From positions 1 to 64,000 of the IMG/VR virus record IMGVR_UViG_3300025141_000062: a DNA stretch of 64,000 bases. The stretch is one strand, 5' to 3'. This document shows positions 29,798-39,380 of this stretch, one piece after another (positions within the stretch are counted from its first letter, which is position 1; the number at the start of each line of letters is the position of its first letter). Made by a program: the position numbers and the translations under genes. The notes beneath the pieces were generated by a model. The model saw nothing but the letters and a program-made list of their open reading frames with translations, searched no databases and was not told where the DNA came from. The DNA is from a virus.

Positions 29798-30328
29798 ATG
29801 CCAACGCACACACAAGCGACTGTGGTAGCAGCAGGCCCATCTGGAGATGGAACACTGGGTCGTAGAAGTGATACAAACCTAAGGGCAGCATTTTCTAAAT
29901 CTCCTCTATATAATGAGTACAATGAGTCAATAGTAAACGATATAGGTGTTTCAGCATTGAACGGAAACGGCGGCTCAGGTGATAGCTCAACTGGCGTCTC
30001 TAATGGAATAGTAAATGATGCAGGTCACACATTTGGATCTTTCGATCTAAACTATGGTGATTCTCCAAATGTTCAAGATGTTGAAACGGGCGGCGGCGGT
30101 CTACCATCAACTCCGTATACACCTAATCCAACGTCTCCGGGTCCGGGAAGTGTCTTCCCAAATGATCAAGATGAGTTTACAGGCGAAATACACGGACCAG
30201 GTGTCGAATTCGGATCTGGCCTCGGTGGTCTTGCAAATCCATCAGAAACAAGGGCTGGAATATCAAGTCAGACTCTAAAGTCGTATATATCAGGTCGATC
30301 TTACGAAGGTTCTGACGGACAGGTGTGA
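29798..30328 (+). CDS. G/P/S-rich hypothetical protein
   Basis: 176-aa ORF tightly packed in the head module. Confidence 0.55.
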   Translation: MPTHTQATVVAAGPSGDGTLGRRSDTNLRAAFSKSPLYNEYNESIVNDIGVSALNGNGGSGDSSTGVSNGIVNDAGHTFGSFDLNYGDSPNVQDVETGGGGLPSTPYTPNPTSPGPGSVFPNDQDEFTGEIHGPGVEFGSGLGGLANPSETRAGISSQTLKSYISGRSYEGSDGQV

Positions 30329-30329
30329 C

Positions 30330-31010
30330 TTGAAAAAAGGGCTGCCCAGGTTGAGTCTTAAGCGGCTTTTTAATATTAATGAGCAAGGTTTAGGGGGCCA
30401 GCCCTCAACATCGTATACGCCATATGATGGTAGAAAGGGTCACGGATACGGAACACTTGATCCAAAGTTTGACATAACATATAAAAAAGGATCATCATAT
30501 CCGTATACTGACCCTCCTGAAGAATATGATGTTGAAGTTGTTGATGATGCCTTTGAGGGAGATATGTCAACATTAGACAAGTTCGTAAGAATGATTAATA
30601 GGAACTTTGTTAGAACAGATCCTTCAAATAGAGCTGACAGAAGCTCTTTTGTGTCAAATCAAAGAATAAGACTCCCAGAGATGAGATCGATATCTACAAG
30701 AAAGGGAGATCCTGAGCATGGGTCGATGTCTCCCATACCATTTAAGACACTATATAAGAATCAAACAGGGCCAGCAATAGGTGCACCTACTCAGGCAAAT
30801 CTTTATACAACGGGTCCGTATGGGCCATCTGGGCACAGAACAGGAACACACTACGGAACATCAAGAAAGCCTCTTTTTCTAGGGTCGCAGGATACAGATC
30901 CAAGTGATGAAATTATGGCATATACACTTGAAGATATACTTGATCCGAGCGCTGAGCCGCTTAAACCGATCATTAGAGCAAGAATAACAGCTAAAAATAG
31001 TGTGGAATAG
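30330..31010 (+). CDS. hypothetical protein (low complexity, G/P-rich)
   Basis: 226-aa ORF filling the gap before the scaffold gene; start uncertain. Confidence 0.5.
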   Translation: MKKGLPRLSLKRLFNINEQGLGGQPSTSYTPYDGRKGHGYGTLDPKFDITYKKGSSYPYTDPPEEYDVEVVDDAFEGDMSTLDKFVRMINRNFVRTDPSNRADRSSFVSNQRIRLPEMRSISTRKGDPEHGSMSPIPFKTLYKNQTGPAIGAPTQANLYTTGPYGPSGHRTGTHYGTSRKPLFLGSQDTDPSDEIMAYTLEDILDPSAEPLKPIIRARITAKNSVE

Positions 31011-31073
31011 ATTCGATTTATTGAATAATTAATATTGAAAATAGTTAATTTTACTATCAAGGGAAGAACCATA

Positions 31074-32588
31074 ATGTCAAAATCACTCTACGAAGAAGCA
31101 ATTGCTGAGGCAAGACAGCTTAGAGAAGTTGCTGAGAAAAATGCAAAAGCAGCTTTAGTTGAAGCAGTTACACCAAAGATAAGACAGTTCATAGAAGATC
31201 AGCTGGTTAGAGACCATACAGACATGAGTGACAAAGATATTCTTGAGGAAGTAGCTTCAGAAGCAATTGGAAATTCCAATAGCGACAGTGTTACACTAGA
31301 TGAGTCCGCCATATACTCATTAATGAGCCTTTTAGGAGGTTCAAAAGAAATATCAGATAGCATGGCAAAGACAATGAAAGATGCTTTAAGTGAATCAGTT
31401 GATGATTTGTCAAATGAAGAGAGACAAAAGCTAGTATCAATTACTAGAAAGCTTGAACGGCAGGATGGTATTTTACCATCCAGCGGAATAGTTATGAATC
31501 GAAACAACACCCCTACTATTGAGGAGAGCCAAAACATGGCAAGAACAAATGAAACACTCTACGAGGTAGATATTAATTCTTTAATGACAACTCTTAGCGA
31601 AGGCAAGCACGATAAAGAAGGGCCAGATACTAAGAAAGACCCTGTAGATGAAAATAGCGCAATCATAGCACAGATGCTTGCAGAGCTAGATGATGACAAG
31701 GATGAGATGTACGATCCCCTTAGTGAATATGACCTCCTTGAGCAGGAAGAAGATCTTATGGATGAACCTCTTGACGAGCCTGTTGGCGATCTTCCTGCAG
31801 ATGAACCTGCTGGGGGTGAAGCGGATGCTGATGTTGTTGCTGCTGCAGAGACAATTGAAGCTGGGCTAGACGATCTTCTTGCTGCCCTAGGGATGGAAGG
31901 AGGCGAAGAGCTTCCGATGGGTGAGGAACTACCCCCACTCGAAGAGCTACCTCCAGATGAAGGGGGAGATGAAGAACCTCTTGCAGAGGTTCTTGATGTA
32001 GATATTAATATGCTTAGATCTGAGATTAAGAGAATGAGACGACTTGCAGAGGAGGCAGCTCCAGGTGCTGGGTCTACAGATCCAAAGGCTAAAGACTACG
32101 GCGGCGGAAAGGTTGAGAGAGAGCTTTTTGTCGACAGTGAAGATAAACACCTTAATGTTCAAGCAGAGAACAGAAAACTGCGAAATGCATATACAAAACA
32201 GGGGCGCACGAATCGATCCCTGGCTGCTAAGCTCGATGAATACAGAAGTGCCGTTCATTCACTTCGTGAGCAACTTACAGAGATGAATCTATTTAATGCA
32301 AAGCTTCTTTATGTTAATAAGCTTATGCAAAATGGTGAAGTTTCTTCAGCGCAGCGTCGTTCAATAATAGAGGCTCTCGATAGTGCGAAGAGTCTTCGTG
32401 AAGTTAAGCTTCTATACAAGACCTTAACAGAATCTATCGGGAATCGAAAGAAAGGAAGAACGCTGACTGAATCAGCGGTTCGGAGAAATCTTGGTTCCGC
32501 ATCCCGCACTACAACAAGGTCATCAACACCACATTCGGGTGCTGCTGAGCTAGACCGTTGGGCTAAGCTCGCGGGAATAAACAAATAA
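31074..32588 (+). CDS. prohead core/scaffolding protein (gp22-like)
   Basis: Immediately upstream of MCP, acidic centre, C-terminal coiled coil (LREQLTEMNLFNAKLLY), many LxE sites. ATG at 31074 preferred over TTG at 31035. Confidence 0.75.
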   Translation: MSKSLYEEAIAEARQLREVAEKNAKAALVEAVTPKIRQFIEDQLVRDHTDMSDKDILEEVASEAIGNSNSDSVTLDESAIYSLMSLLGGSKEISDSMAKTMKDALSESVDDLSNEERQKLVSITRKLERQDGILPSSGIVMNRNNTPTIEESQNMARTNETLYEVDINSLMTTLSEGKHDKEGPDTKKDPVDENSAIIAQMLAELDDDKDEMYDPLSEYDLLEQEEDLMDEPLDEPVGDLPADEPAGGEADADVVAAAETIEAGLDDLLAALGMEGGEELPMGEELPPLEELPPDEGGDEEPLAEVLDVDINMLRSEIKRMRRLAEEAAPGAGSTDPKAKDYGGGKVERELFVDSEDKHLNVQAENRKLRNAYTKQGRTNRSLAAKLDEYRSAVHSLREQLTEMNLFNAKLLYVNKLMQNGEVSSAQRRSIIEALDSAKSLREVKLLYKTLTESIGNRKKGRTLTESAVRRNLGSASRTTTRSSTPHSGAAELDRWAKLAGINK

Positions 32589-32618
32589 TACTCAATTCAT
32601 CAAACTTAGGAGAAAAAA

Positions 32619-34547
32619 ATGAGTAAGTCTTTTACGTTAAGCCAATTAACAGAAGGAATACGTCAACGTCACCTGGGTGCACACAACAAGCGTCTCGTTG
32701 AGAAGTGGTCACGTACCGGTCTTCTTAGAGGGCTTGATGGCCAGCATCGAGAGAACATGGCAGGCCTTCTTGAAAATCAGGCTGCACAGCTTCTTAGAGA
32801 AGCTAACTCTGTTGGAACAGGAGCCGGTGCAGGTACCGCCTCTGGAGACCTTCAGGGATTCACAAATATCGCGTTTCCAATCGTCCGTCGTGTTTTCGGT
32901 GGCTTGGTTGCAAATGAGCTAGTTTCAATTCAGCCAATGAGCCTTCCTTCCGGACTGCTATTCTATCTGGATTACACATATGGCTCAAGGGTCGGTGGTG
33001 ACACAAACCTTGCCACAGGCGCTGCAGGAGCAGCTGATGCTCAGACCTATAAGATGGGTCAGTCAATCTATAACAACCCAGCAGGAAAGGGAGTACGCTC
33101 CGGATCACTTGCAGCAGGTGGGCAGTATGACCTTGTCGGAACTTCATTCTCCAAGGTTCACACATCCTCAGCCTCGATTACTGTTAAGGCTTCAGGTTCG
33201 TTTGGTGCTAACTCAACTCTTGGACAGGCTACTACCGCACACGCGACAGGTTCTGATGGAAAGCTACTTCAGTTTGACCCACAGATCACATCGCTTATTG
33301 AAGATGATCCCTCCAGAGATGGTCTAGGAACATTCCAGTTCGTTCTGTTTAATCTAAGCTCGCTTCCAGCAAGCACAGATCTTACAATGTACAAGGAAAT
33401 TTCAATATTCAGTGCTGTTCCAGGCGCAGCAGCTCCATCAACAGCTAATAACGTTGGATATGGCGCAATTCCAGAGTCGATTCAGGGAGGAAAGAACATC
33501 CTCAACGTACGTCGTCTAAATCAGCTTGGAACTTGGGTTGGAGATACATTCACTTCAGATCCATTTGCAACCAGAAGCACAAGTAATGGTGTACTTCTAA
33601 CAGTAGTATCTGGAACAAGAGGCCGAGGAGGTGGCGCTGCCACACTTAACCTTACAGCTTCTGTTGTTATATCACCAACGCTTAGTGTTGAAAGCGACGG
33701 TTCAGCTCTAACGATTCCATCGTTTGAGTCCAACTTTAGCACATCTTCACCTTCACCGATCATCCCAGAGATCGACATCAAGATCGAGTCAATCGCTGTT
33801 ACAGCGGTAACCCGTAAGCTCCGTGCTCGCTGGTCACCAGAACTCGCTCAGGACCTGAACGCTTATCACAGCTTGGATGCTGAGGTTGAGCTTACACAGA
33901 TCCTATCCGAGCAGATTGCTCTTGAGATTGACAGAGAGATCCTAAATGATCTGCTATCTGAAGCAGCTGGTGCTAACTACTACTGGTCACGTATGCCTGG
34001 TAAGTTTGTTAACAAGACAAACGGAACTGTTCAGGATAAGGCAAGCACACTGTCTGCTGGTCCCCAGTTCACAGGTACTGTCCGTGAGTGGTACGAGACG
34101 CTTGTTGAGACAATTATTGATGTTGCAAATGAGATTCACAGGAAGACACTCCGTGGCTCAGCTAACTTCATCGTAACCTCACCAGATGTTGCTACAATCT
34201 TCGAGGCATCAGTTCTTTACAAGCCGAACCTCAAGATTGACGGAGATGGACAGGTCGGTGCTCCATTCCAGCTTGGTGCTGCCAATATCGGCTCTCTAAG
34301 CAACCGATTCACGGTTTACAAGGATCCATATTTCCCACGGAATAAGGTTCTTGTTGGATACAAGGGTGGAAGCTATCTTGAAACAGGATATGTTTACGCT
34401 CCATATGTCCCGCTGATCGTTACACCTACTATCTTCCAGCCGGAAGACTTCACACCCCGTAAGGGAGTTATGACTCGCTACGGTAAGAAGATGGTTAGAG
34501 GTGACTTCTACGGTACAGTTACAGTTATGGATCTAAACGTCATATGA
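32619..34547 (+). CDS. major capsid protein (T4 gp23-like)
   Basis: LVSIQPMSLPSGLLFYLD, TRKLRARWSPELAQDLNAYH, EIDREIL, YAPYVPL, FTPRKGVMTRYG. Strong AGGAG SD and codon use shifted to CGT/TTC/ATC. Confidence 0.97.
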   Translation: MSKSFTLSQLTEGIRQRHLGAHNKRLVEKWSRTGLLRGLDGQHRENMAGLLENQAAQLLREANSVGTGAGAGTASGDLQGFTNIAFPIVRRVFGGLVANELVSIQPMSLPSGLLFYLDYTYGSRVGGDTNLATGAAGAADAQTYKMGQSIYNNPAGKGVRSGSLAAGGQYDLVGTSFSKVHTSSASITVKASGSFGANSTLGQATTAHATGSDGKLLQFDPQITSLIEDDPSRDGLGTFQFVLFNLSSLPASTDLTMYKEISIFSAVPGAAAPSTANNVGYGAIPESIQGGKNILNVRRLNQLGTWVGDTFTSDPFATRSTSNGVLLTVVSGTRGRGGGAATLNLTASVVISPTLSVESDGSALTIPSFESNFSTSSPSPIIPEIDIKIESIAVTAVTRKLRARWSPELAQDLNAYHSLDAEVELTQILSEQIALEIDREILNDLLSEAAGANYYWSRMPGKFVNKTNGTVQDKASTLSAGPQFTGTVREWYETLVETIIDVANEIHRKTLRGSANFIVTSPDVATIFEASVLYKPNLKIDGDGQVGAPFQLGAANIGSLSNRFTVYKDPYFPRNKVLVGYKGGSYLETGYVYAPYVPLIVTPTIFQPEDFTPRKGVMTRYGKKMVRGDFYGTVTVMDLNVI

Positions 34548-34568
34548 TGTAAGATTTACATTGATCTC

Positions 34569-34600
34569 AAAGGGGCGGCTTTTTAGCCGTCCCTTTTTTT
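34569..34600 (+). terminator. rho-independent terminator after MCP
   Basis: AAAGGGGCGGCT-TTTT-AGCCGTCCCTTT followed by a T tract. Confidence 0.85.
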
Positions 34601-34634
34601 ATTAACTGATTGAATCAGTTGGTTATTATCTAAT

Positions 34635-35513
34635 ATGATAATTTCACACAAGAATAGATTTGTATTTTTTAAACCTATGAAAGTTGCAGGATCAAGCTTA
34701 GAGGTTGCTTTAAGCAGATTTTGCGGAAAAGATGATATATTAACTGGTACAAATCACATAGCAGAAAATCTATCTAGTGAATATGAATATCCAGCTAGAA
34801 ATAATATGATATCACAAAATCTGAAACGAGATGCTGCAATTGAGGCTATGAGGGCATCTGGAAATATCGACAAAGTCACAAAAGAAATGATTGATGAAGG
34901 ATTTATTGTACGCTTCCTAGAGCCAAGGTTTCATATGCACGCAACTCCGTTACAGGTTCAGCTATCAGAAGACATAGACACATCAAGCTATAGGCAGATA
35001 ACAATAATAAGAAACCCCTGGGATATGATTGTTTCATTTTTTTGGTGGTCTTTCTATACTCTTCCAAACGGATATGTTGATAAAAATGGAAACGTATATA
35101 AGAAAGATCAAGCATATAGGCTTTCACCGGCTAGAAATCCAGATATTTCACCAACAGAGAATGACACCATATCAGAACTTAGACTAAAGTTTGAGATATT
35201 TTGTCAAATGTCTGCTGATATGATAGGTCCATACGGATTAGAGAAAAATGTCAAAGTTGTTGACTGGTTTATTAATAGAAATTTAGAATACTACGCCGAT
35301 AGCATAGATCATATTTTAAGATTTGAATCAATTCAAGATGACTACAATGCTCTCTGCAAAGACCTGTCTCTAGATTCTTCACCACTCCCAAGACTTAAGA
35401 CATCTCAGAGAAAATTAAAGACACCCTATAGAGAATATTTTAATGACTGGACATACAATTACATAGAAAGCAGAGTTAGCCAGTGGAAAGAAAAATTTAA
35501 ATATTCTTTCTAA
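34635..35513 (+). CDS. sulfotransferase (Sulfotransfer_2-like family)
   Basis: MIISHKNRFVFFKPMKVAGSS (5'-PSB loop), IIRNPWDMIVSFFWW (3'-PB motif), ILRFESIQDD, YREYF. Confidence 0.75.
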   Translation: MIISHKNRFVFFKPMKVAGSSLEVALSRFCGKDDILTGTNHIAENLSSEYEYPARNNMISQNLKRDAAIEAMRASGNIDKVTKEMIDEGFIVRFLEPRFHMHATPLQVQLSEDIDTSSYRQITIIRNPWDMIVSFFWWSFYTLPNGYVDKNGNVYKKDQAYRLSPARNPDISPTENDTISELRLKFEIFCQMSADMIGPYGLEKNVKVVDWFINRNLEYYADSIDHILRFESIQDDYNALCKDLSLDSSPLPRLKTSQRKLKTPYREYFNDWTYNYIESRVSQWKEKFKYSF

Positions 35514-35543
35514 CTTAGTGACTTGATAAGAATACTTACTGAT

Positions 35544-35601
35544 AAGCCCGGCACCTAGCATAAAGGCGACCCCACCGTCGTGTCGGAAGCATGTGGACTT
35601 A
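35544..35601 (+). ncRNA. candidate structured cis-regulatory leader RNA (pseudoknot-capable)
   Basis: GC-rich island in an AT-rich spacer. CCGGCAC (35548-54) pairs with GTGTCGG (35580-86), inner GAC/GTC hairpin, loop CCAC complementary to GTGG (35593-96). Confidence 0.45.
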
Positions 35602-35625
35602 ACACCTATTAAAAGGGAGAAAATT

Positions 35626-36006
35626 ATGCCAAAAATGACCTATACAACCGCTAAGGGCTTAGTTCAATCAGGAGGATCTGGTGCTCCAAATATGTACTGG
35701 ATGAAGCCAGGAAGCACAACTGCTTCAGGTGCTGGTGCAATTCCAGTCACACATGCATATGTTGCTGCCACAGCCGGCGGTGCCGTTGCCTGGACTCTTG
35801 CCGATGGCGACCCCGGTCAGGTTCTACAAATTTATTCAGTAGATGCAAACACCGGAACACTTACACCTACAACTGCGACGGGTTGGGCAACAATCGTATT
35901 TACCGACGCGGGTGACCGTGCTGTGCTTCAATTTATTGATGGTACTATTGGGTGGATAATTCTCGGTCTTTCAGGAGTTGCAGCTCCACCTGTTACTACA
36001 GTTTAA
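35626..36006 (+). CDS. small A/G/T-rich beta protein, putative capsid decoration protein
   Basis: ATG at 35626 after GGGAG SD (MPKMTYTTAKGLVQ), with its own promoter motif and terminator. Confidence 0.55.
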   Translation: MPKMTYTTAKGLVQSGGSGAPNMYWMKPGSTTASGAGAIPVTHAYVAATAGGAVAWTLADGDPGQVLQIYSVDANTGTLTPTTATGWATIVFTDAGDRAVLQFIDGTIGWIILGLSGVAAPPVTTV

Positions 36007-36052
36007 TTCATACCGTTAAGATAGACATCTATCTTATAAGAGTAGACAGCTT

Positions 36053-36082
36053 AAAGCCCGCACTATGTGCGGGCTTTTCTTT
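36053..36082 (+). terminator. rho-independent terminator
   Basis: AAAGCCCGCAC-TAT-GTGCGGGCTTT followed by TCTTT. Confidence 0.85.
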
Positions 36083-36141
36083 ATTTCAAAAAATAAGATA
36101 TTTTATTAAATATTTATAATGTGATACTATGGTAAGTTATC

Positions 36142-37374
36142 ATGGCAAGTACAATGAGAACTGTAAGAAAAAATTACAGTAAGCAAAAAAATGTTAAAAA
36201 TACAAATTCTCAATTCTACGCTGACGAAGAAGTTAGCAATGATGATGAGAGCGGTGATAAAGTGAAACCAGTAGATAAAAAAGAAAAAACAGAGAATGCA
36301 AAAAAGGAGACAGAAAAAATAATGTCCAATTCTAATGATGATTTTGATTTTGTAGCAGATTATGATGAACCAGTAGAGAGTGGTGGCGATAAGCTTTTAC
36401 CAGAAAATGAGGCACAATCCTCAATATCTGTAGGCTTTGTAGGTGTCGGCGGAGGCGGTGGAAAGCTAGCGAAGGCATTTATAGACATAGGGTTTAAAAA
36501 GACACTAGTCGTAAACACAACAGAAAAAGATCTACCTGCTGGAATAGACAAGGAACATTTTCTTCTTCTACCTGGCGCAGATGGTGTGGGTAAAAATGTC
36601 AAGCTAGGAAAGAAAATATTGACAGAAAATAGTGCATTTCTTGAAGACTTTTTAAGAACAAGGCTGGGAAAAGTTGACTGGCTCTTTGTCCTTGCTGGTG
36701 GCGGAGGAGGAACAGGAAGCTCTTGCTGCGCACTAGACGGAAGTCTTAATAGATATCTAAAGTCTACATCTGCATCTGGCAAGGTTGTATATATCGTTAC
36801 AGCACCAACAGCTCAGGAGCTTTTAAATCCAACTATTGAGGAAAACTACAAGCTTCTAAGAGAAGATGTCTCAGATAAGCCTCATATCATAATTGATAAT
36901 GAAAGACAGCTACAGCTTCTTAGAGGAAAGGTTGGAATGCTTGGTCTATATCCAGCAGCAAATAAGAACTTTGCAAAGCTAATTGGTCAGATATTAAAGC
37001 TTTCTAACGAGCCATCACCAATTCAGACTTTTGATTCAAAGGATCTTGAGAGATGTCTAAGTACACAGGGGAGAATGTTTCTAGGGACAACAGTGATAAG
37101 AGATCCAAGTGATCCGAACCTTGGATCGCTCATATATCAGAACTGCCTTAGCAAATCACCATGTCCAGCCCCTACTGGCCGAGCACAGACAGGCGTGCTA
37201 CTTCTTGTCGTTACATCTGAAATGGCTTCTGATCCAGCCCTAAGCAACCAATTAGAGGCAGCAATATCTTACGTGGGAGGAAGAACATCAGCCCTATTTT
37301 CAGGAGTCTATGTTAGAGAGGGTCTTCCCGGATTGATAGCAATATCAGCATTGGGTGGAATTGAAGAAAAATAA
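36142..37374 (+). CDS. tubulin/FtsZ-family GTPase (PhuZ/TubZ-like)
   Basis: VGVGGGGGK (T1), VNTTEKD, GADGVGKN (T3), AGGGGGTGS (T4 signature), IIDNE, FDSKD (T7-loop equivalent). Confidence 0.85.
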   Translation: MASTMRTVRKNYSKQKNVKNTNSQFYADEEVSNDDESGDKVKPVDKKEKTENAKKETEKIMSNSNDDFDFVADYDEPVESGGDKLLPENEAQSSISVGFVGVGGGGGKLAKAFIDIGFKKTLVVNTTEKDLPAGIDKEHFLLLPGADGVGKNVKLGKKILTENSAFLEDFLRTRLGKVDWLFVLAGGGGGTGSSCCALDGSLNRYLKSTSASGKVVYIVTAPTAQELLNPTIEENYKLLREDVSDKPHIIIDNERQLQLLRGKVGMLGLYPAANKNFAKLIGQILKLSNEPSPIQTFDSKDLERCLSTQGRMFLGTTVIRDPSDPNLGSLIYQNCLSKSPCPAPTGRAQTGVLLLVVTSEMASDPALSNQLEAAISYVGGRTSALFSGVYVREGLPGLIAISALGGIEEK

Positions 37375-37524
37375 TTTAAAGTAATTTATTTTTTAAATTA
37401 AATTCTATCTTTTATTATGGGACATTTTTTGATTCTATGCTGCATTTTTGCGATTGACATCATTATTTATTCTCTAGTCTAAGTACATACTTATTGATAG
37501 TTATTCTTCTAGAAGGAACTGTCA

Positions 37525-38700
37525 ATGGCAACTTTTTCAAATACAACTAGTCCTACACCGTTTGGATTTTTTGACGACGATACAGATTTTCAGCTCGAGG
37601 CTGACAATATAGTAACATTTGTCAAGAGAAAGATGGGTGATGATATCCTTAGTGTCGAGCTTACTAAGAAGCAGATCTGGGGAAACCTTGAAGAGTCCTG
37701 TCTCGAATATGGGTCAATTTTAAATCAGTATCAAGCTAAGTCACAGCTCATTCAATTTTTAGGAATGCCAACAGGAAGCCACCTTTCAGGATCAGAGCAG
37801 AAGTACCCTAGAGAGAATCTGGAGTATCTCATAAGATTTGCTGAACCATATGCTATGGAAGCAGGCGTCGGAGGATCCTATAATACAATATCGGGATCTA
37901 TTCAGCTAGTTAAAGATCAGCAAGACTATGATATATACACAGATTTAAAAGACTCGCACGGAGGAATATTATTTCAGTCTGGAAGTAATTCTTCACCCAA
38001 GACAAAGCTTAAGATAAGCGAGGTCTTTCACTTTGGCCCAGAGGCTGCATATAGATTTTTTGATACAACTAGTGCAATTAACTATCTTAATAATGAGTTC
38101 AGCTTTGAGTCATTCACACCAGAGACTATATTCTATGTTCTTCCAGTCTTTGAAGATATACTAAGAGCAGGCCAGTTAGACTTATCAAACAGGGTTAGAC
38201 GATCTAACTATTCATATAAGATTCAAGGTACAAAAATAAGGATATATCCGAAACCATCTACCTCTGACCCTAAAAAGCTATTTATAAGAATTATGTTTAG
38301 ACCAGACCCACTCAATCCTGCGTATGAAGATGATACAATTCATGGTGTTTCCAATCTTTCAAATATTCCGTTTGGAAATCTGATATACGCTAGGATTAAC
38401 AGCATAGGAAGACAGTGGATTAGACAGTATTCACTTGCACTAAGTAGAGAGCAGCTAGGGTTGATTAGGTCTAAATTTGGAAACATTCCTGTTCCGGGGT
38501 CTGATGTCACATTAAACGGATCAGACCTAATAACACAGGGAAGGGCAGATAGGGATGCACTTGTTACGCAGCTAAAGGAAATGCTTGACACGCTGACATA
38601 TGATAAAATTATGGAGAATGCTGCTACACGCGCAGAATCTGTTCAAAAACAGCTTAGATTTTCACCAATGCCAAATGGCTTTACAATCTTTATGGGATAA
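37525..38700 (+). CDS. neck/head-completion protein (T4 gp13-like)
   Basis: VELTKKQI, WIRQYSLALSREQLGLIRSKFGNIPVPG..VTLNG motifs, and position after the head module. Confidence 0.75.
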   Translation: MATFSNTTSPTPFGFFDDDTDFQLEADNIVTFVKRKMGDDILSVELTKKQIWGNLEESCLEYGSILNQYQAKSQLIQFLGMPTGSHLSGSEQKYPRENLEYLIRFAEPYAMEAGVGGSYNTISGSIQLVKDQQDYDIYTDLKDSHGGILFQSGSNSSPKTKLKISEVFHFGPEAAYRFFDTTSAINYLNNEFSFESFTPETIFYVLPVFEDILRAGQLDLSNRVRRSNYSYKIQGTKIRIYPKPSTSDPKKLFIRIMFRPDPLNPAYEDDTIHGVSNLSNIPFGNLIYARINSIGRQWIRQYSLALSREQLGLIRSKFGNIPVPGSDVTLNGSDLITQGRADRDALVTQLKEMLDTLTYDKIMENAATRAESVQKQLRFSPMPNGFTIFMG

Positions 38701-38703
38701 AAG

Positions 38704-39372
38704 ATGGCAAGACTTTTCATCACACCTCGTGAGATAGATTTTATAAATGATACTGCAAAGGAAATTGTAAAAGATGTAATTGGACAAAAGATATACTTCT
38801 TTGCTGTATCAGAGATAAAAACAAATGTTCATGATGTATATGAAGAAGCACCTGAAAAAATATTTGAAAAACCTGTTCAAATTGACTGCATGGTGAAATA
38901 TGAGCCACAGGTAATTAAGACAAATAGATTTGGTAGTGAAGAATATTATAGCATAGAAGTCTATATCCAAAAGAGAGATCTTCTTGACAAAGAGATTGAA
39001 ATACGTGAAGGTGATTTTTTTAGTTATGGAACAATATTCTTTGAAGTCATACAAGTTCCAGACTCTCAAACAATATATGGTGAGATAGAATATACAAGCT
39101 TTATTACAGTTAAAGGCAAGCAGGCAAGAAAGGGTCAATTTAACTCTAAGATGTTCGGTCCTACTGATGAAGCTTACAGTGATGAAGATGCTGTCCAGGA
39201 AACCTTTGTACAGCAAAGAGGATTTGATGAAAATAGGCTTGGAAAGACTGCTGATGAAAGAGACCTTGTTAAAAAGGGAATTATCGATAAGCCAATTACA
39301 GGCCCTGCAGAGGTTTCTGTAAAGGGTACTGACTCAAAAGCAGGCTCATCATTTTATGGAGATGACACTTAG
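38704..39372 (+). CDS. neck/head-closure protein (gp14-like)
   Basis: GQKIYFF, DVYEEA, REGDFF motifs; gene order. Confidence 0.6.
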   Translation: MARLFITPREIDFINDTAKEIVKDVIGQKIYFFAVSEIKTNVHDVYEEAPEKIFEKPVQIDCMVKYEPQVIKTNRFGSEEYYSIEVYIQKRDLLDKEIEIREGDFFSYGTIFFEVIQVPDSQTIYGEIEYTSFITVKGKQARKGQFNSKMFGPTDEAYSDEDAVQETFVQQRGFDENRLGKTADERDLVKKGIIDKPITGPAEVSVKGTDSKAGSSFYGDDT

Positions 39373-39380
39373 GAGATAAA

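Noticed and set aside
35544-35601. Twister, pistol or HDV-like ribozyme (contains AAGCCCGG and a nested hairpin)
   Set aside because: The partner strands and catalytic-core residues of those families could not be placed. Kept only as an unknown structured RNA.
37372-37524. AT-rich spacer after the tubulin gene as a tubC-like centromere or origin
   Set aside because: Only a weak AT inverted repeat (TAATTTAAA...TTTAAATTA); no iterated direct repeats.
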